From: Actinomycetes bacterium
GTDB taxonomy: Bacteria > Actinomycetota > Acidimicrobiia > Acidimicrobiales > Bog-793
Assembly: GCA_021791795.1 (NCBI GenBank)
Contig: JAJYVX010000006.1
Location: 1-42,089 of the forward strand
Length of the DNA stretch: 42,089 bases
Direction of reading: 5' to 3'
A program made the position numbers and the translations under genes. The notes under the pieces were generated by a model. It searched no databases and had not been told where the DNA came from. It worked only from the letters and a program-made list of their open reading frames with translations. Of the stretch, positions 27,825 through 36,729 are shown piece after piece (the stretch's first letter is position 1; the number at the start of each line of letters is the position of its first letter).

Positions 27825-28925
27825 ATGGACAATTCGGTGAGAATTCGCGCGGCCGTGTGCCACGGCTTCAAAGAGGTCCTCATGGTGGAGGAGCTGGACC
27901 TGCGCCGGCCCGGGCCGGGCGAGGTCACGGTCGCGGTGAGCGCGTGCGGCGTGTGCCACAGCGACCTCACGTACTGGAGCGGCGCCTGGGGCGGCGGCGT
28001 TCCCGCCGTCTACGGTCACGAGGTGGCGGGTGTGGTCGAGGAGCTTGGGCCTGGGATCGTCGGCATCTCGGAGGGCGACCACGCCGTCGTGACGCTCATC
28101 CGGGCCTGCGGGCGATGCCGTCTCTGCCAGAAGGGCCTGCCGGCGCTCTGCGAGCAGATGGGGGCGTTGCCGCTCTCTCGCAACTCGCCTCTCACCACCG
28201 TCGGGGGTGGAGGTGTGGTGCAAGGTTTGCGGACGGCGGGTTTCGCCGAGAAAGTCACCGTCCACGAGTCCCAGGTGGTCCCCATCGCCAAGCACCTGCC
28301 CCTCGACGTCGCCTGCATCGTCGGCTGCGGGGTCGTCACCGGTGCAGGCGCGGTTCTCAACACCGCAGGCGTCGAGCCGGGCTCGTCGGTGGCCGTCATA
28401 GGTGCCGGCGGGGTCGGCCTCAACGTCGTGCAGGGGGCCGTCGTCGCGGGAGCGAGCGACGTCGTGGCGATCGACGTTCTCGCAGCAAAGCTCGCCGCCG
28501 CCCGCACCTTCGGCGCCACCTGCACGGCCGACGCCCGCTCAGGGGAGGTGGAGGCCGTGGTGACGACCGTCACGGCGGGAAGGGGCTTCGACTACGTCTT
28601 CGTCGCCGCCGGGTCGGTACCGGCAGTAGAACAGGGCCTCGGCCTCGTGGCAAAGGGCGGCACGGTCGTCATCCTCGGCATGCCCGAGGGCATGCGTGCG
28701 TCCTTCGACCCCGAGGCGATCGCAGACCGCGGCGTCCGGGTGCTCGGCAGCAAGGTCGGGTCCGTGCGCCCGCAGGTGGACATACCGGCACTGCTCGGAC
28801 TGTACGAGCAAGGGCGGCTCAAGCTCGACGAGCTCGTCACCCACCGCTTCGCTCTCGACGCCGTCAACGAGGCCTTCACAGCTGCGGCGAGCGGAGAGGC
28901 GCTGAGGGCCGTTGTCCAGCTCTGA
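27825..28925 (+). CDS. Zn-dependent alcohol dehydrogenase (MDR family)
   Basis: GVCHSD, GHEVAG, CGRCRLC...C structural Zn site, GCGVVTG, GAGGVG. Confidence 0.92.
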   Translation: MDNSVRIRAAVCHGFKEVLMVEELDLRRPGPGEVTVAVSACGVCHSDLTYWSGAWGGGVPAVYGHEVAGVVEELGPGIVGISEGDHAVVTLIRACGRCRLCQKGLPALCEQMGALPLSRNSPLTTVGGGGVVQGLRTAGFAEKVTVHESQVVPIAKHLPLDVACIVGCGVVTGAGAVLNTAGVEPGSSVAVIGAGGVGLNVVQGAVVAGASDVVAIDVLAAKLAAARTFGATCTADARSGEVEAVVTTVTAGRGFDYVFVAAGSVPAVEQGLGLVAKGGTVVILGMPEGMRASFDPEAIADRGVRVLGSKVGSVRPQVDIPALLGLYEQGRLKLDELVTHRFALDAVNEAFTAAASGEALRAVVQL

Positions 28926-30039
28926 CCCTGTCGTCACCGCAGTCGAGACCTACTCGACGCCAGACGTCTGCGTGGTGCGCGTCGCCACCGACTCGGGCGA
29001 GGAGGGCTTCGGCCAGACGGCGCCCTACAACGCCGACATAACCGCCGCCGTGATCGAGCGGCAGGTCGCGCCGCACGCGCTCGGCGCTGCGGTCACGGGG
29101 CCGGGCGATCTCGACGCCCTCGGCACCCGGATACTCGAGCGCGAGTTCAAGTTCCCGGGCTCCTACGTCTGCCGGGCGCTTGGCGGAGTCGACACCGCGC
29201 TCTGGGACCTCCTCGGCAAGAGGGAGGGCAAGACCGTCGCCGGGATGCTCGGGTCATCGGCCCGCTCCTGTCCCGTCTACGCCTCGAGCATGCGCCGGGA
29301 CATCGCGCCCGCCGAGGAGGCAGCCCGCCTCGTCGAGCTGAGGGACCGCTTCGGCTACCGGGCGTTCAAGGTGCGGGTCGGCTCCGAGTGCGGGCACGAC
29401 CGTGACGAATGGCCCGGGCGCACCGAAGAGCTCGTCCCCACCATGAGACGCGCCCTCGGGGACGAGGCGATCATGCTCGTCGACGGCAACAGCTGCTACA
29501 CGCCCGCAAAGGCGATAGAGGTCGGCCGGCTCCTCGAGCAGCACGGCTACGCCCACTTCGAGGAGCCCTGCCCCTACTGGGAGCAGGAGTGGACCGCCGA
29601 GGTCACCGCTTCACTGGCGCTCGACGTGGCCGGCGGCGAGCAGGACTGCCTGATGGCCACGTGGCGACGCATGATCGAGCTGCAGGCCGTCGACGTCGTC
29701 CAGCCGGACGTGTGCTACGTCGGTGGTCTGAGCCGGGCGCTTCGCGTCGCCGGCCTCGCCGTCGAGGCCGGTCTCCCCGTGACCCCGCACTCGGCCAACC
29801 TGAGCCTCGTCACGGTGTTCTCGCTCCACCTGCTGGCCGCGATCGAGAACGCCGGGCCGTACGCGGAGCTCTCGATAGAGCCCGACGAGTACTACCCGTG
29901 GCAGAGCGGGATCTTCGAGCCGGCCCTCGTCGCCCACGACGGCGTGCTCGACATCCCCGACCTCGGCCCGGGCTGGGGGGTCGAGATCAGGCGTGACTGG
30001 CTGGAGAGGGCCACGAGGACGGTGATGGCGCGGGGTTGA
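28912..30039 (+). CDS. Mandelate racemase/muconate lactonizing enzyme family (enolase superfamily)
   Basis: DTALWDLLGK, YASSM, FKVRVG, DGN, EEP, GGEQ, QPDV, TPH. TTG start overlaps the ADH 3' end. Confidence 0.9.
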   Translation: MSSSDPVVTAVETYSTPDVCVVRVATDSGEEGFGQTAPYNADITAAVIERQVAPHALGAAVTGPGDLDALGTRILEREFKFPGSYVCRALGGVDTALWDLLGKREGKTVAGMLGSSARSCPVYASSMRRDIAPAEEAARLVELRDRFGYRAFKVRVGSECGHDRDEWPGRTEELVPTMRRALGDEAIMLVDGNSCYTPAKAIEVGRLLEQHGYAHFEEPCPYWEQEWTAEVTASLALDVAGGEQDCLMATWRRMIELQAVDVVQPDVCYVGGLSRALRVAGLAVEAGLPVTPHSANLSLVTVFSLHLLAAIENAGPYAELSIEPDEYYPWQSGIFEPALVAHDGVLDIPDLGPGWGVEIRRDWLERATRTVMARG

Positions 30040-30062
30040 CCACCGCGTCGCCGCGTCCGCCC

Positions 30063-32522
30063 TCAGACGAGGACGTTCACGATCTTCGGCGGCCGGGCGA
30101 TCACCCGCGTGGGCTCCTTCCCGCCGAGGAAGCCCTGCACCCTGTCGGAGGCGAGCGCCGCGGCGACAGCGCCCTCCTCGCTCACGTCCGGGTCCACCTC
30201 GACCACGTCGCGGGTCTTCCCGTTCACCTGCACGGGCATCTTGACCCGCTCGGCCCGGAGGAGCGCCGGGTCGGCGACCGGCCACGGCTGGATGTGCACG
30301 TGCTTGCCCGTGCGGCGCTCGTAGGCCTCGGCCGCCAGGTGGGGGGCGAACGGTGCGAGCAATTCGAGCAGCGTGTCGATCGCATCTTCGACCGCGACCG
30401 GGTCGGCTCCCCCGCCTCGATGCTTGTAGATGGAGTTCGTGAGCTCCATCAGTGCGGCCACGGCGGTGTTGAAGGCGTAGCGCTCGATGTCGTCGGACAC
30501 CCGGGCGATCGTGCGGTGCACCTCGCGGCGGAGGTCGGACGACCCGACGCTCGAATCGTCCGTCTCGACCGGGCGGCTCCCCGCTGCCTCGCCGACAGCG
30601 AGCCGCCACACGCGCGCGAGGTAGCGCGAGCAGCCCTCGATGATGTCGTCGCTCTGGTCCGTCCAGTCGACGTCCTCGACTGCCGGGCCGATGAAGAGAT
30701 GGAAGAGCCGCAGCGCGTCGGCGCCGACCGTCTCGAAGTACTGGTCGGGCGACACGACGTTGCCGCGCGACTTCGACATGGCGCTCCCGCCGAGGCGGAT
30801 CATCCCCTGGCAGAACAGCTGGGAGAACGGCTCCCGCAACTCGGCCGGCGACAGGCCGACCTCTCCGAGGGCGCGGGTGTAGAAACGGGCGTAGAGCAGG
30901 TGCAGGATGGCGTGCGTGATCCCGCCGATGTAGCGGTCGACGGGCATGAAGCGGCGAGCGGCGGCCTTATCCACCGGTGCGTACTCGTCGTGCGGATTGG
31001 CGAAACGCAGGAAGTACCACGACGAGTCCACGAACGTGTCCATCGTGTCCGTCTCCCGGACGGCCGGTCCGCCGCACGTCGGGCAGGTCGCACGGCGGAA
31101 CCCCTCGTGGAACCTGAGGGGCGACTCCCCCGTCGGCCTGAACTCGACGTCCTCCGGCAGGAGGATCGGGAGCTCCTCGGCGGGCACGGGAACCATGCCG
31201 TCGGCCGGGCAGTAGACGACGGGGATCGGGCAGCCCCAGTAGCGCTGCCGGCTGATGAGCCAGTCCCGCAGGCGGTAGTTGACGGTGCGGTGGCCTATGC
31301 CCTCGCGCTCGAGCCACTCGATCGCCTTGGCTTTGGCCGCGTCGACGTCGAGCCCGTTCATCCACTCGCTGTTCACGTGGGCGCCGTCGCCGGTCCACGC
31401 CTCTCCGTCGAAGTCGCCAGGCGGCTCGACCGTCCGCACGATCGGGAGGCCGTAGGCCTTGGCGAAGTCGTAGTCGCGCTGGTCCTCGGCGGGTACGGCC
31501 ATGATCGCCCCGGTGCCGTAGCTCCCGAGCACGTACTCGGCGACGTATACGGGCACGGGCTCGCCCGAGAACGGGTTGACGCAGTGGGCGCCGGTGAAGG
31601 CCCCGCGCTTCTCGAGGGCTCCCTCGGCGGACAGCCGCTCGAGGTCGGTCGAGTGGCGGGCGTGCTCGAGGATCCGCTCGACGTCCTCGCGCTGCTCGGG
31701 CGTCGTCACGACGTCGGCGAGCGGGTGCTCCGGTGCGAGCACGGCATAGGTCATGCCGAAGCCCGTGTCCGGCCGCGTCGTGAACACCTCGACCTCGAGG
31801 TGCTCGTGCCCCACGAGAGGCATGCGGAACTGGGCGCCTTCTGAGCGGCCGATCCAGTTGCGCTGCATCGTCTTCACCCGCTCGGGCCAGTCGAGCGCGT
31901 CGAGCGACTCGAGCAGCTCGTCGGCGTACTTTGTGATGCGGAGGAACCACTGCTCGAGGTAGCGCCGCTCGACGACGTCGCCCGAGCGCTCGCAGGTGCC
32001 GTCGGAGAGGACCTGCTCGTTGGCGAGCACCGTCTGGCAGCCGGGGCACCAGTTGACCGGCGCCTTGGCGCGGTAGGCGAGGCCGGCTCGGAGCAACTCC
32101 TCGAAGATGACCTGGTTCCACTTGATGTAGTCCGCGTCGTGGCTGCGCAGCTCGCGGCGCCAGTCGTAGACGGCGCCGAGGCGCTGCACGGAGCGCTTCA
32201 GCTCGGCGATCCGCTTCTCGGTGTAGACGCGGGGATGCTCGCCGCCCTTGATGGCGGCGTTCTCCGCCGGCAGGCCGAAGGAGTCGAAGCCGAACGGGGT
32301 GAGGACGGCGTCGCCCTTCATCGTCCTGTAGCGGACGAGCACGTCGCCGAAGGTGTAGTTGCGCACGTGGCCCTGGTGCGCCGGCCCGCTCGGGTACGGG
32401 TACATGCACAGGACGTAGTACTTGGGCCGCGGGTCGTCGAGGTCGACCTGGTACGTGCCTTCGTCAGCCCAGCGCCGTTGCCAGCGCTCCTCTACCTCCC
32501 TGAAGTCGTACGCGTCGGACAT
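30063..32522 (-). CDS. leuS: Leucine--tRNA ligase
   Basis: MYPYPSG.AHQGH (HIGH), [52 protein letters not shown] (KMSKS), QVNGK. Confidence 0.97.
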   Translation of the reverse strand: MSDAYDFREVEERWQRRWADEGTYQVDLDDPRPKYYVLCMYPYPSGPAHQGHVRNYTFGDVLVRYRTMKGDAVLTPFGFDSFGLPAENAAIKGGEHPRVYTEKRIAELKRSVQRLGAVYDWRRELRSHDADYIKWNQVIFEELLRAGLAYRAKAPVNWCPGCQTVLANEQVLSDGTCERSGDVVERRYLEQWFLRITKYADELLESLDALDWPERVKTMQRNWIGRSEGAQFRMPLVGHEHLEVEVFTTRPDTGFGMTYAVLAPEHPLADVVTTPEQREDVERILEHARHSTDLERLSAEGALEKRGAFTGAHCVNPFSGEPVPVYVAEYVLGSYGTGAIMAVPAEDQRDYDFAKAYGLPIVRTVEPPGDFDGEAWTGDGAHVNSEWMNGLDVDAAKAKAIEWLEREGIGHRTVNYRLRDWLISRQRYWGCPIPVVYCPADGMVPVPAEELPILLPEDVEFRPTGESPLRFHEGFRRATCPTCGGPAVRETDTMDTFVDSSWYFLRFANPHDEYAPVDKAAARRFMPVDRYIGGITHAILHLLYARFYTRALGEVGLSPAELREPFSQLFCQGMIRLGGSAMSKSRGNVVSPDQYFETVGADALRLFHLFIGPAVEDVDWTDQSDDIIEGCSRYLARVWRLAVGEAAGSRPVETDDSSVGSSDLRREVHRTIARVSDDIERYAFNTAVAALMELTNSIYKHRGGGADPVAVEDAIDTLLELLAPFAPHLAAEAYERRTGKHVHIQPWPVADPALLRAERVKMPVQVNGKTRDVVEVDPDVSEEGAVAAALASDRVQGFLGGKEPTRVIARPPKIVNVLV

Positions 32523-32528
32523 ACATCA

Positions 32529-32534
32529 AGGTTA
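32529..32534 (-). promoter_or_regulatory. Putative -10 element (TAACCT) of a leaderless leuS transcript
   Basis: TANNNT hexamer 6 nt upstream of the ATG, no SD, overlapping the upstream gene's TAA stop. The same layout occurs before several other genes. Confidence 0.55.
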
Positions 32535-33551
32535 GTTGCCCGCTCCCTTGCCGAATCCCCCGAGCGCGGCCGCCCACTGCTCGGGAGAGAGCCCGTATGG
32601 GGCGTAGAAGGAGAACCTGTCCACGAGGTCGCCGAAGCGCTCGTGCACCTTCGCCGCCACCTGTGCCGGCGGTGCGACGACGGCGAAGGCATCGAGCATC
32701 TCGTCGGTGACGAGCTCGCCCATCTTCGCCCACTCGCCCCGCTTCGAGAGGGCGTTGAGCTCCGGTTGAGCGTCTCCCCAGCCGTGTGTCTCGAGCACGC
32801 CACGGTAGGCGGGCGTGGAGGCGTAGAAGGCGATCTGCGCCTTTACCGCCGCTGCGGCAGCCTCGAGCTGCTCGTCGCCCTCGCCTGTCACCACGAAGCC
32901 CGCATAGCTCACCTCGAAGGCATTCCTCTCCCTCGAGGCCTTCGCGAGCCCCCGGGACAGAGACGGCACCGTCACCTCACGGATGTAGCGCTCGGTCGTG
33001 AAGCCGTGGACGAGGAGGCCGTCGCAGACCTCACCCGCCACCTCGGTCATGAGTCCGCCGACGGCGGCGAGGAAGACCTTGGGGGCGCCGTACGGGTTCG
33101 GCCCGGGGGAGAAGAAGGGCGTCATGAGCGTGTGGGTGTAGAACTCGCCCCGGAACTCGAGCTTCGTGTTCTCGTTCCAGGCCTGCCATATGGCCCGCAT
33201 CGCAAGGACGTACTCACGCATCCTCGCCGCCGGGTGCGACCAGGGCATCGAGAACCGCTTCTCGATGTGGGGCTTGATCTGGGAGCCGAGGCCGAGCATG
33301 AGCCGCCCCTTCGAGAGCAGCTGCACGTCGTTCGCCATGGTGGCGGTGATCATCGGGCTCCGCCCGAACGCGACGACGATGCCGGTGCCGAGCATGATCC
33401 GGTCCGTCTCCTGTGCCGCCAGGGCGAGCATGAGGAGGGGGTCGTGTCCGGTCTCGGTCGCCCAGGCGCCGTCGTAGCCGGTCTCCTCCGCCTTGCGGGC
33501 CTGCTCTCCTATCCCTTCAGGGTCGAAGCCGATCGCACCGTCTACGAGCAT
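32532..33551 (-). CDS. F420-dependent LLM-class oxidoreductase (TIGR03617-like)
   Basis: ETGHDP, GLGSQIKPHIEKRFSMPWS, FYTHTLMTPFF, FYASTPAYR. Confidence 0.88.
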   Translation of the reverse strand: MLVDGAIGFDPEGIGEQARKAEETGYDGAWATETGHDPLLMLALAAQETDRIMLGTGIVVAFGRSPMITATMANDVQLLSKGRLMLGLGSQIKPHIEKRFSMPWSHPAARMREYVLAMRAIWQAWNENTKLEFRGEFYTHTLMTPFFSPGPNPYGAPKVFLAAVGGLMTEVAGEVCDGLLVHGFTTERYIREVTVPSLSRGLAKASRERNAFEVSYAGFVVTGEGDEQLEAAAAAVKAQIAFYASTPAYRGVLETHGWGDAQPELNALSKRGEWAKMGELVTDEMLDAFAVVAPPAQVAAKVHERFGDLVDRFSFYAPYGLSPEQWAAALGGFGKGAGN

Positions 33552-33579
33552 CCCCGGAGGCTAGCCGGGGGCTGTGTCG

Positions 33580-34473
33580 TCAGTTCTCGCCCGTCTCGCC
33601 TCTGAGGTAGCGCTCGAGCTCGGCCGCGATCTCGTCGCCTGAGGGCACCTCGTGAGTGCTGAAGGCTTCGTCCGGTCCCTCGACGGCGTCTATCGCCCGC
33701 TCCAGCTGGCGCACCATGGCGGCATGCTCGGCACTGCCGGCGATCGTCTCGTCGACCTTCGCCCTCGCCGCCTCGGCCGCTTCGTTGAGAACGGACGTGT
33801 CGATGACAAGGCCTGACAGCGATGCCAGGCCGTCGAGGAGGGCTATCGAAGCGGCGGGGAACGGCATGGCCGAGACGTAATGGGGCACCCGCGCCCAGAG
33901 CCCGACGGACGGAATGCCGACGCCCTCGAGCGCCTCCTCGAGGACGGCCTGGATGCCGGCGGGCACCTCGATGGCCCCGCCCACGAAGCCGACCTGCTGG
34001 GCCTGTTGGGCGTTTCCCGCCGTCGTGGCGAGTTTGACGGCCCTCGTATGAGGCGCGGGCGCCGGGAAGCCGCCGAAGCCGACCATGAGGCGAACCCCCA
34101 TGCCGGCGGCAAGCTCAACGATGGAGGCTGCGAAGGCCCGCCAGTGGAAGTCGGGCTCCGGGCCGCTCAGCACGGCGATGCCCGAGCCGATGCGATCGCG
34201 GCCGACCCGGACGACAGGCTCGGGCCAGGCGAGTGCCGTTCGCACGCCGTCCTCGATCATGAGGTGCGGGCGTCTCGCCCGCTGGTCTATGAGGTCCTCG
34301 CCATCGAAGAGCGCGTACGGCTCGAGGTCGATCGCCTCCTCGAGGGCCGTAAGAGCGGTCGCGGCCGCGAGGCCGGCGTCGATCCAGCCGTCCACCACGA
34401 CGACCAGCACGGGGTCGGGCGGTGCCGGCGCTCCCGTCAGGCGGAAGAGCGGTCGCTCTCCGGGAGAGCTCAT
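33580..34473 (-). CDS. PAC2 family protein (proteasome assembly chaperone-like)
   Basis: GWIDAG, RARRP, GPEPDFHW, PHTR, WARVPHY, DEIAAELERYLR. Confidence 0.88.
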   Translation of the reverse strand: MSSPGERPLFRLTGAPAPPDPVLVVVVDGWIDAGLAAATALTALEEAIDLEPYALFDGEDLIDQRARRPHLMIEDGVRTALAWPEPVVRVGRDRIGSGIAVLSGPEPDFHWRAFAASIVELAAGMGVRLMVGFGGFPAPAPHTRAVKLATTAGNAQQAQQVGFVGGAIEVPAGIQAVLEEALEGVGIPSVGLWARVPHYVSAMPFPAASIALLDGLASLSGLVIDTSVLNEAAEAARAKVDETIAGSAEHAAMVRQLERAIDAVEGPDEAFSTHEVPSGDEIAAELERYLRGETGEN

Positions 34474-35534
34474 GCGGCCATTCCCCTCTCCGCTCTGTCG
34501 GCCGCCTCGGCGAGAGCCTTCACCTGGTTCGCGAAGAGGTCCACCCCTCCGCTCCGGTCGCCGCCGGCGGCACCGCCGAGGTAGCGGTACATCACTCCCT
34601 GCAGGATGCAGGCGAGCTTCCAGTAGCCGAACGCCACGTAGTAGTCGAGGCTGTCGATGCTTCGGCCGGTGCGCTCCGAGTACCAGTCCCTGAGCTCGGC
34701 CCTGCTGGCAAAACCCGCTGCCATCGTCGGCGCCGGACCGAGCGCCGTCATCGGGTCGCCCGGCTCCGCCCAGTAGACCATGAGCAGCCCGAGGTCGGCG
34801 AGAGGGTCGCCGAGCGTGCAGATCTCCCAGTCGAGCACCGCCCGGACGGCGCCGTCGTCGCCGAGCAGCGTGTTGTCGAGCCTGTAGTCGCCGTGCACGA
34901 TCGCCGTCTGTCGCTGGCGGGGAGCCGAGGCCGAGAGCCGCTCGTAGAGCTCGTCGACGAGTACGACCCGTTCGAAGCCGGAGCCTGCTGGCTGCATCTT
35001 GTCGAACTGCCCGTGCCAGCGCTCGAGCTGGCGGCTCAGGTAGCCCTCCCGCCGGCCGAGGTCGCCGAGCCCGACCGCGTCGACATCGACCAGGTGGAGC
35101 TCGGCGAGCACGCGGGCGAGCGACTCGCTCGCCCGTTGCCTGGCCGCTTCGTCGAGGGCGCCCTCGGCCGAGGCCGAGTCGCGGATCACGTGGCCGGGGA
35201 CGAAGTCCATGACGTAGAAGGGCGCGCCCGTGACGTCATGCTCGGTGCAGAGCGCTCGCGTCTTCGGGACCGGCACGGCCGTCGGGCTGAGGGCGCTCAG
35301 CACGCGGTGCTCCCGGACCATGTCGTGCGCCGTCGGGAGGACGTGCCCGGTCGGGGGGCGGCGAAGGACCGCCTGCTCGCCTGTGGCGTCTGTCAGCTTG
35401 TAGGTGAGGTTGGACCGGCCGCCGGCGATGAGCTCGAAAGTGATCGGCGGACGAAGGCCGACCTCTTCCTCGAGCCACTCCGCCGTGCGTAGCGCGTCGA
35501 TGCCCTCGACGGCTCCGTCGCCGCTGCCCTCCAT
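34470..35534 (-). CDS. Phosphotransferase family protein (APH/ACAD10-like)
   Basis: GGRSNLTY, LRRPP, AHDMVRE, HGDYRLDN, LDWE, GDPLADLG. ATG 35534 with TAGCCT 7 nt upstream. Confidence 0.9.
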   Translation of the reverse strand: MEGSGDGAVEGIDALRTAEWLEEEVGLRPPITFELIAGGRSNLTYKLTDATGEQAVLRRPPTGHVLPTAHDMVREHRVLSALSPTAVPVPKTRALCTEHDVTGAPFYVMDFVPGHVIRDSASAEGALDEAARQRASESLARVLAELHLVDVDAVGLGDLGRREGYLSRQLERWHGQFDKMQPAGSGFERVVLVDELYERLSASAPRQRQTAIVHGDYRLDNTLLGDDGAVRAVLDWEICTLGDPLADLGLLMVYWAEPGDPMTALGPAPTMAAGFASRAELRDWYSERTGRSIDSLDYYVAFGYWKLACILQGVMYRYLGGAAGGDRSGGVDLFANQVKALAEAADRAERGMAA

Positions 35535-35616
35535 CCGAGGGAGGCTAGCCAGCAACCTGCCCGTCCCGTCTACAGCGGCCGGGGCGCGGTGGCGACCCCC
35601 AGCATCGGCTACGGCC

Positions 35617-36729
35617 TCAGGCCTCCACCACGTGGAGTGCGTGGTCCACCATGTTGCACGGGATCGGGCCTTCGTCGGCCGCCACCACGATGTCCTCGAT
35701 GCGTGCCCCGAAGCGCCCTCGGAGATAGATGCCCGGCTCGACCGAGAAGGCGTGCCCACTGACGAGCACCTCGTCGTTGCCCGCCACCATGTAGGGGTCC
35801 TCGTGCTCCTCGATGCCGATCCCATGCCCTATCCGGTGGATGAATGCCCCGCCGAAACCGGCGGCATCGATGATGCGCCGCCCGATGGCGTCGACCTCTT
35901 CACATGATGTCCCGACTGTGGCGCCCTTCGATGCGGCTGCCTGCGCCTCTTCGAGGACGTCGTAGAGGTGGCGGAATTCGGGATCGGGCTCGCCGGTGAC
36001 GACGGTCCGGGTGATGTCCGAGCAGTAGCCGGCCGCGTCGTCCAGATGGAGCGTCCCGCCGAAGTCGCAGACGACCGCCTCGCCCGGCCCTATCAACCGG
36101 GAACCCGGCTCGTGGTGCGGGCTCGCCGAGTTCGGCCCGCTCCCGACTATGGCGAAGTTGACCTTCGCATGCCCCTCGTCGACGAGCCGGCGTCCCAGCT
36201 CGGCCGAGACGTCCGCCTCCGTCCGCCCGATGAGTCGGATTTCGCCGCCGAGCAGCGCCGTGGCAACCCGGTCCGCTGCCGCCCCAGCAGCCTGCAGGGC
36301 CGCTATCTCCGTCCGGTCCTTCACGGCACGAAGCGGCGACGTCACCCGACTCGCAGGCAACCACTCGGACCCAGGCAGGAGAGACCGCAGCGCGAGCAGG
36401 TGGACAGCCCACGTCCGGTCGGAAACACCGATGCGGGACGGGGAACCTGCTGCGTGGGCGATCAAGGCGAGCGGGTCCTCCGTCTCTTTCCAGGGCCGCA
36501 TCCGAAAGAGGCTCCCGTCGGTAGCGACACGAGGTGCCTCCAGCTCGGGCACGAAGAGCGTCGCTTCCTCGTCACGAGGGAGCACGAGCATCGTGATGCG
36601 CTCGAGCGGCATCGCCTCGTAGCCGGTCAGCCAAGGCAGGTCCGCACCGAGCGACAAGAGCAGGCAGTCAACCCTGAGCTCGCCCATCCGCCGCCTGACA
36701 CGATCGAAGCGCGCACGCCGCTCGCTCAC
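35617..36729 (-). CDS. Xaa-Pro peptidase (M24 family)
   Basis: GPNSASPHH, DFGG, GYCSDITRT, HRIGHGIG..HEDP, SVEPGIY, RIED. Confidence 0.92.
   Translation of the reverse strand: MSERRARFDRVRRRMGELRVDCLLLSLGADLPWLTGYEAMPLERITMLVLPRDEEATLFVPELEAPRVATDGSLFRMRPWKETEDPLALIAHAAGSPSRIGVSDRTWAVHLLALRSLLPGSEWLPASRVTSPLRAVKDRTEIAALQAAGAAADRVATALLGGEIRLIGRTEADVSAELGRRLVDEGHAKVNFAIVGSGPNSASPHHEPGSRLIGPGEAVVCDFGGTLHLDDAAGYCSDITRTVVTGEPDPEFRHLYDVLEEAQAAASKGATVGTSCEEVDAIGRRIIDAAGFGGAFIHRIGHGIGIEEHEDPYMVAGNDEVLVSGHAFSVEPGIYLRGRFGARIEDIVVAADEGPIPCNMVDHALHVVEA

Noticed and set aside
5234-32522. Biosynthetic cluster with leuS as a self-resistance gene
   Set aside because: No NRPS/PKS, carrier protein or precursor peptide; the enzyme set and importer look catabolic, and leuS sits in a housekeeping run.
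34470-35534. Aminoglycoside resistance kinase
   Set aside because: Motifs (GGxSNLTY, LRRPP, AHDMxRE) match the widespread ACAD10-like phosphotransferases, not resistance APH enzymes.
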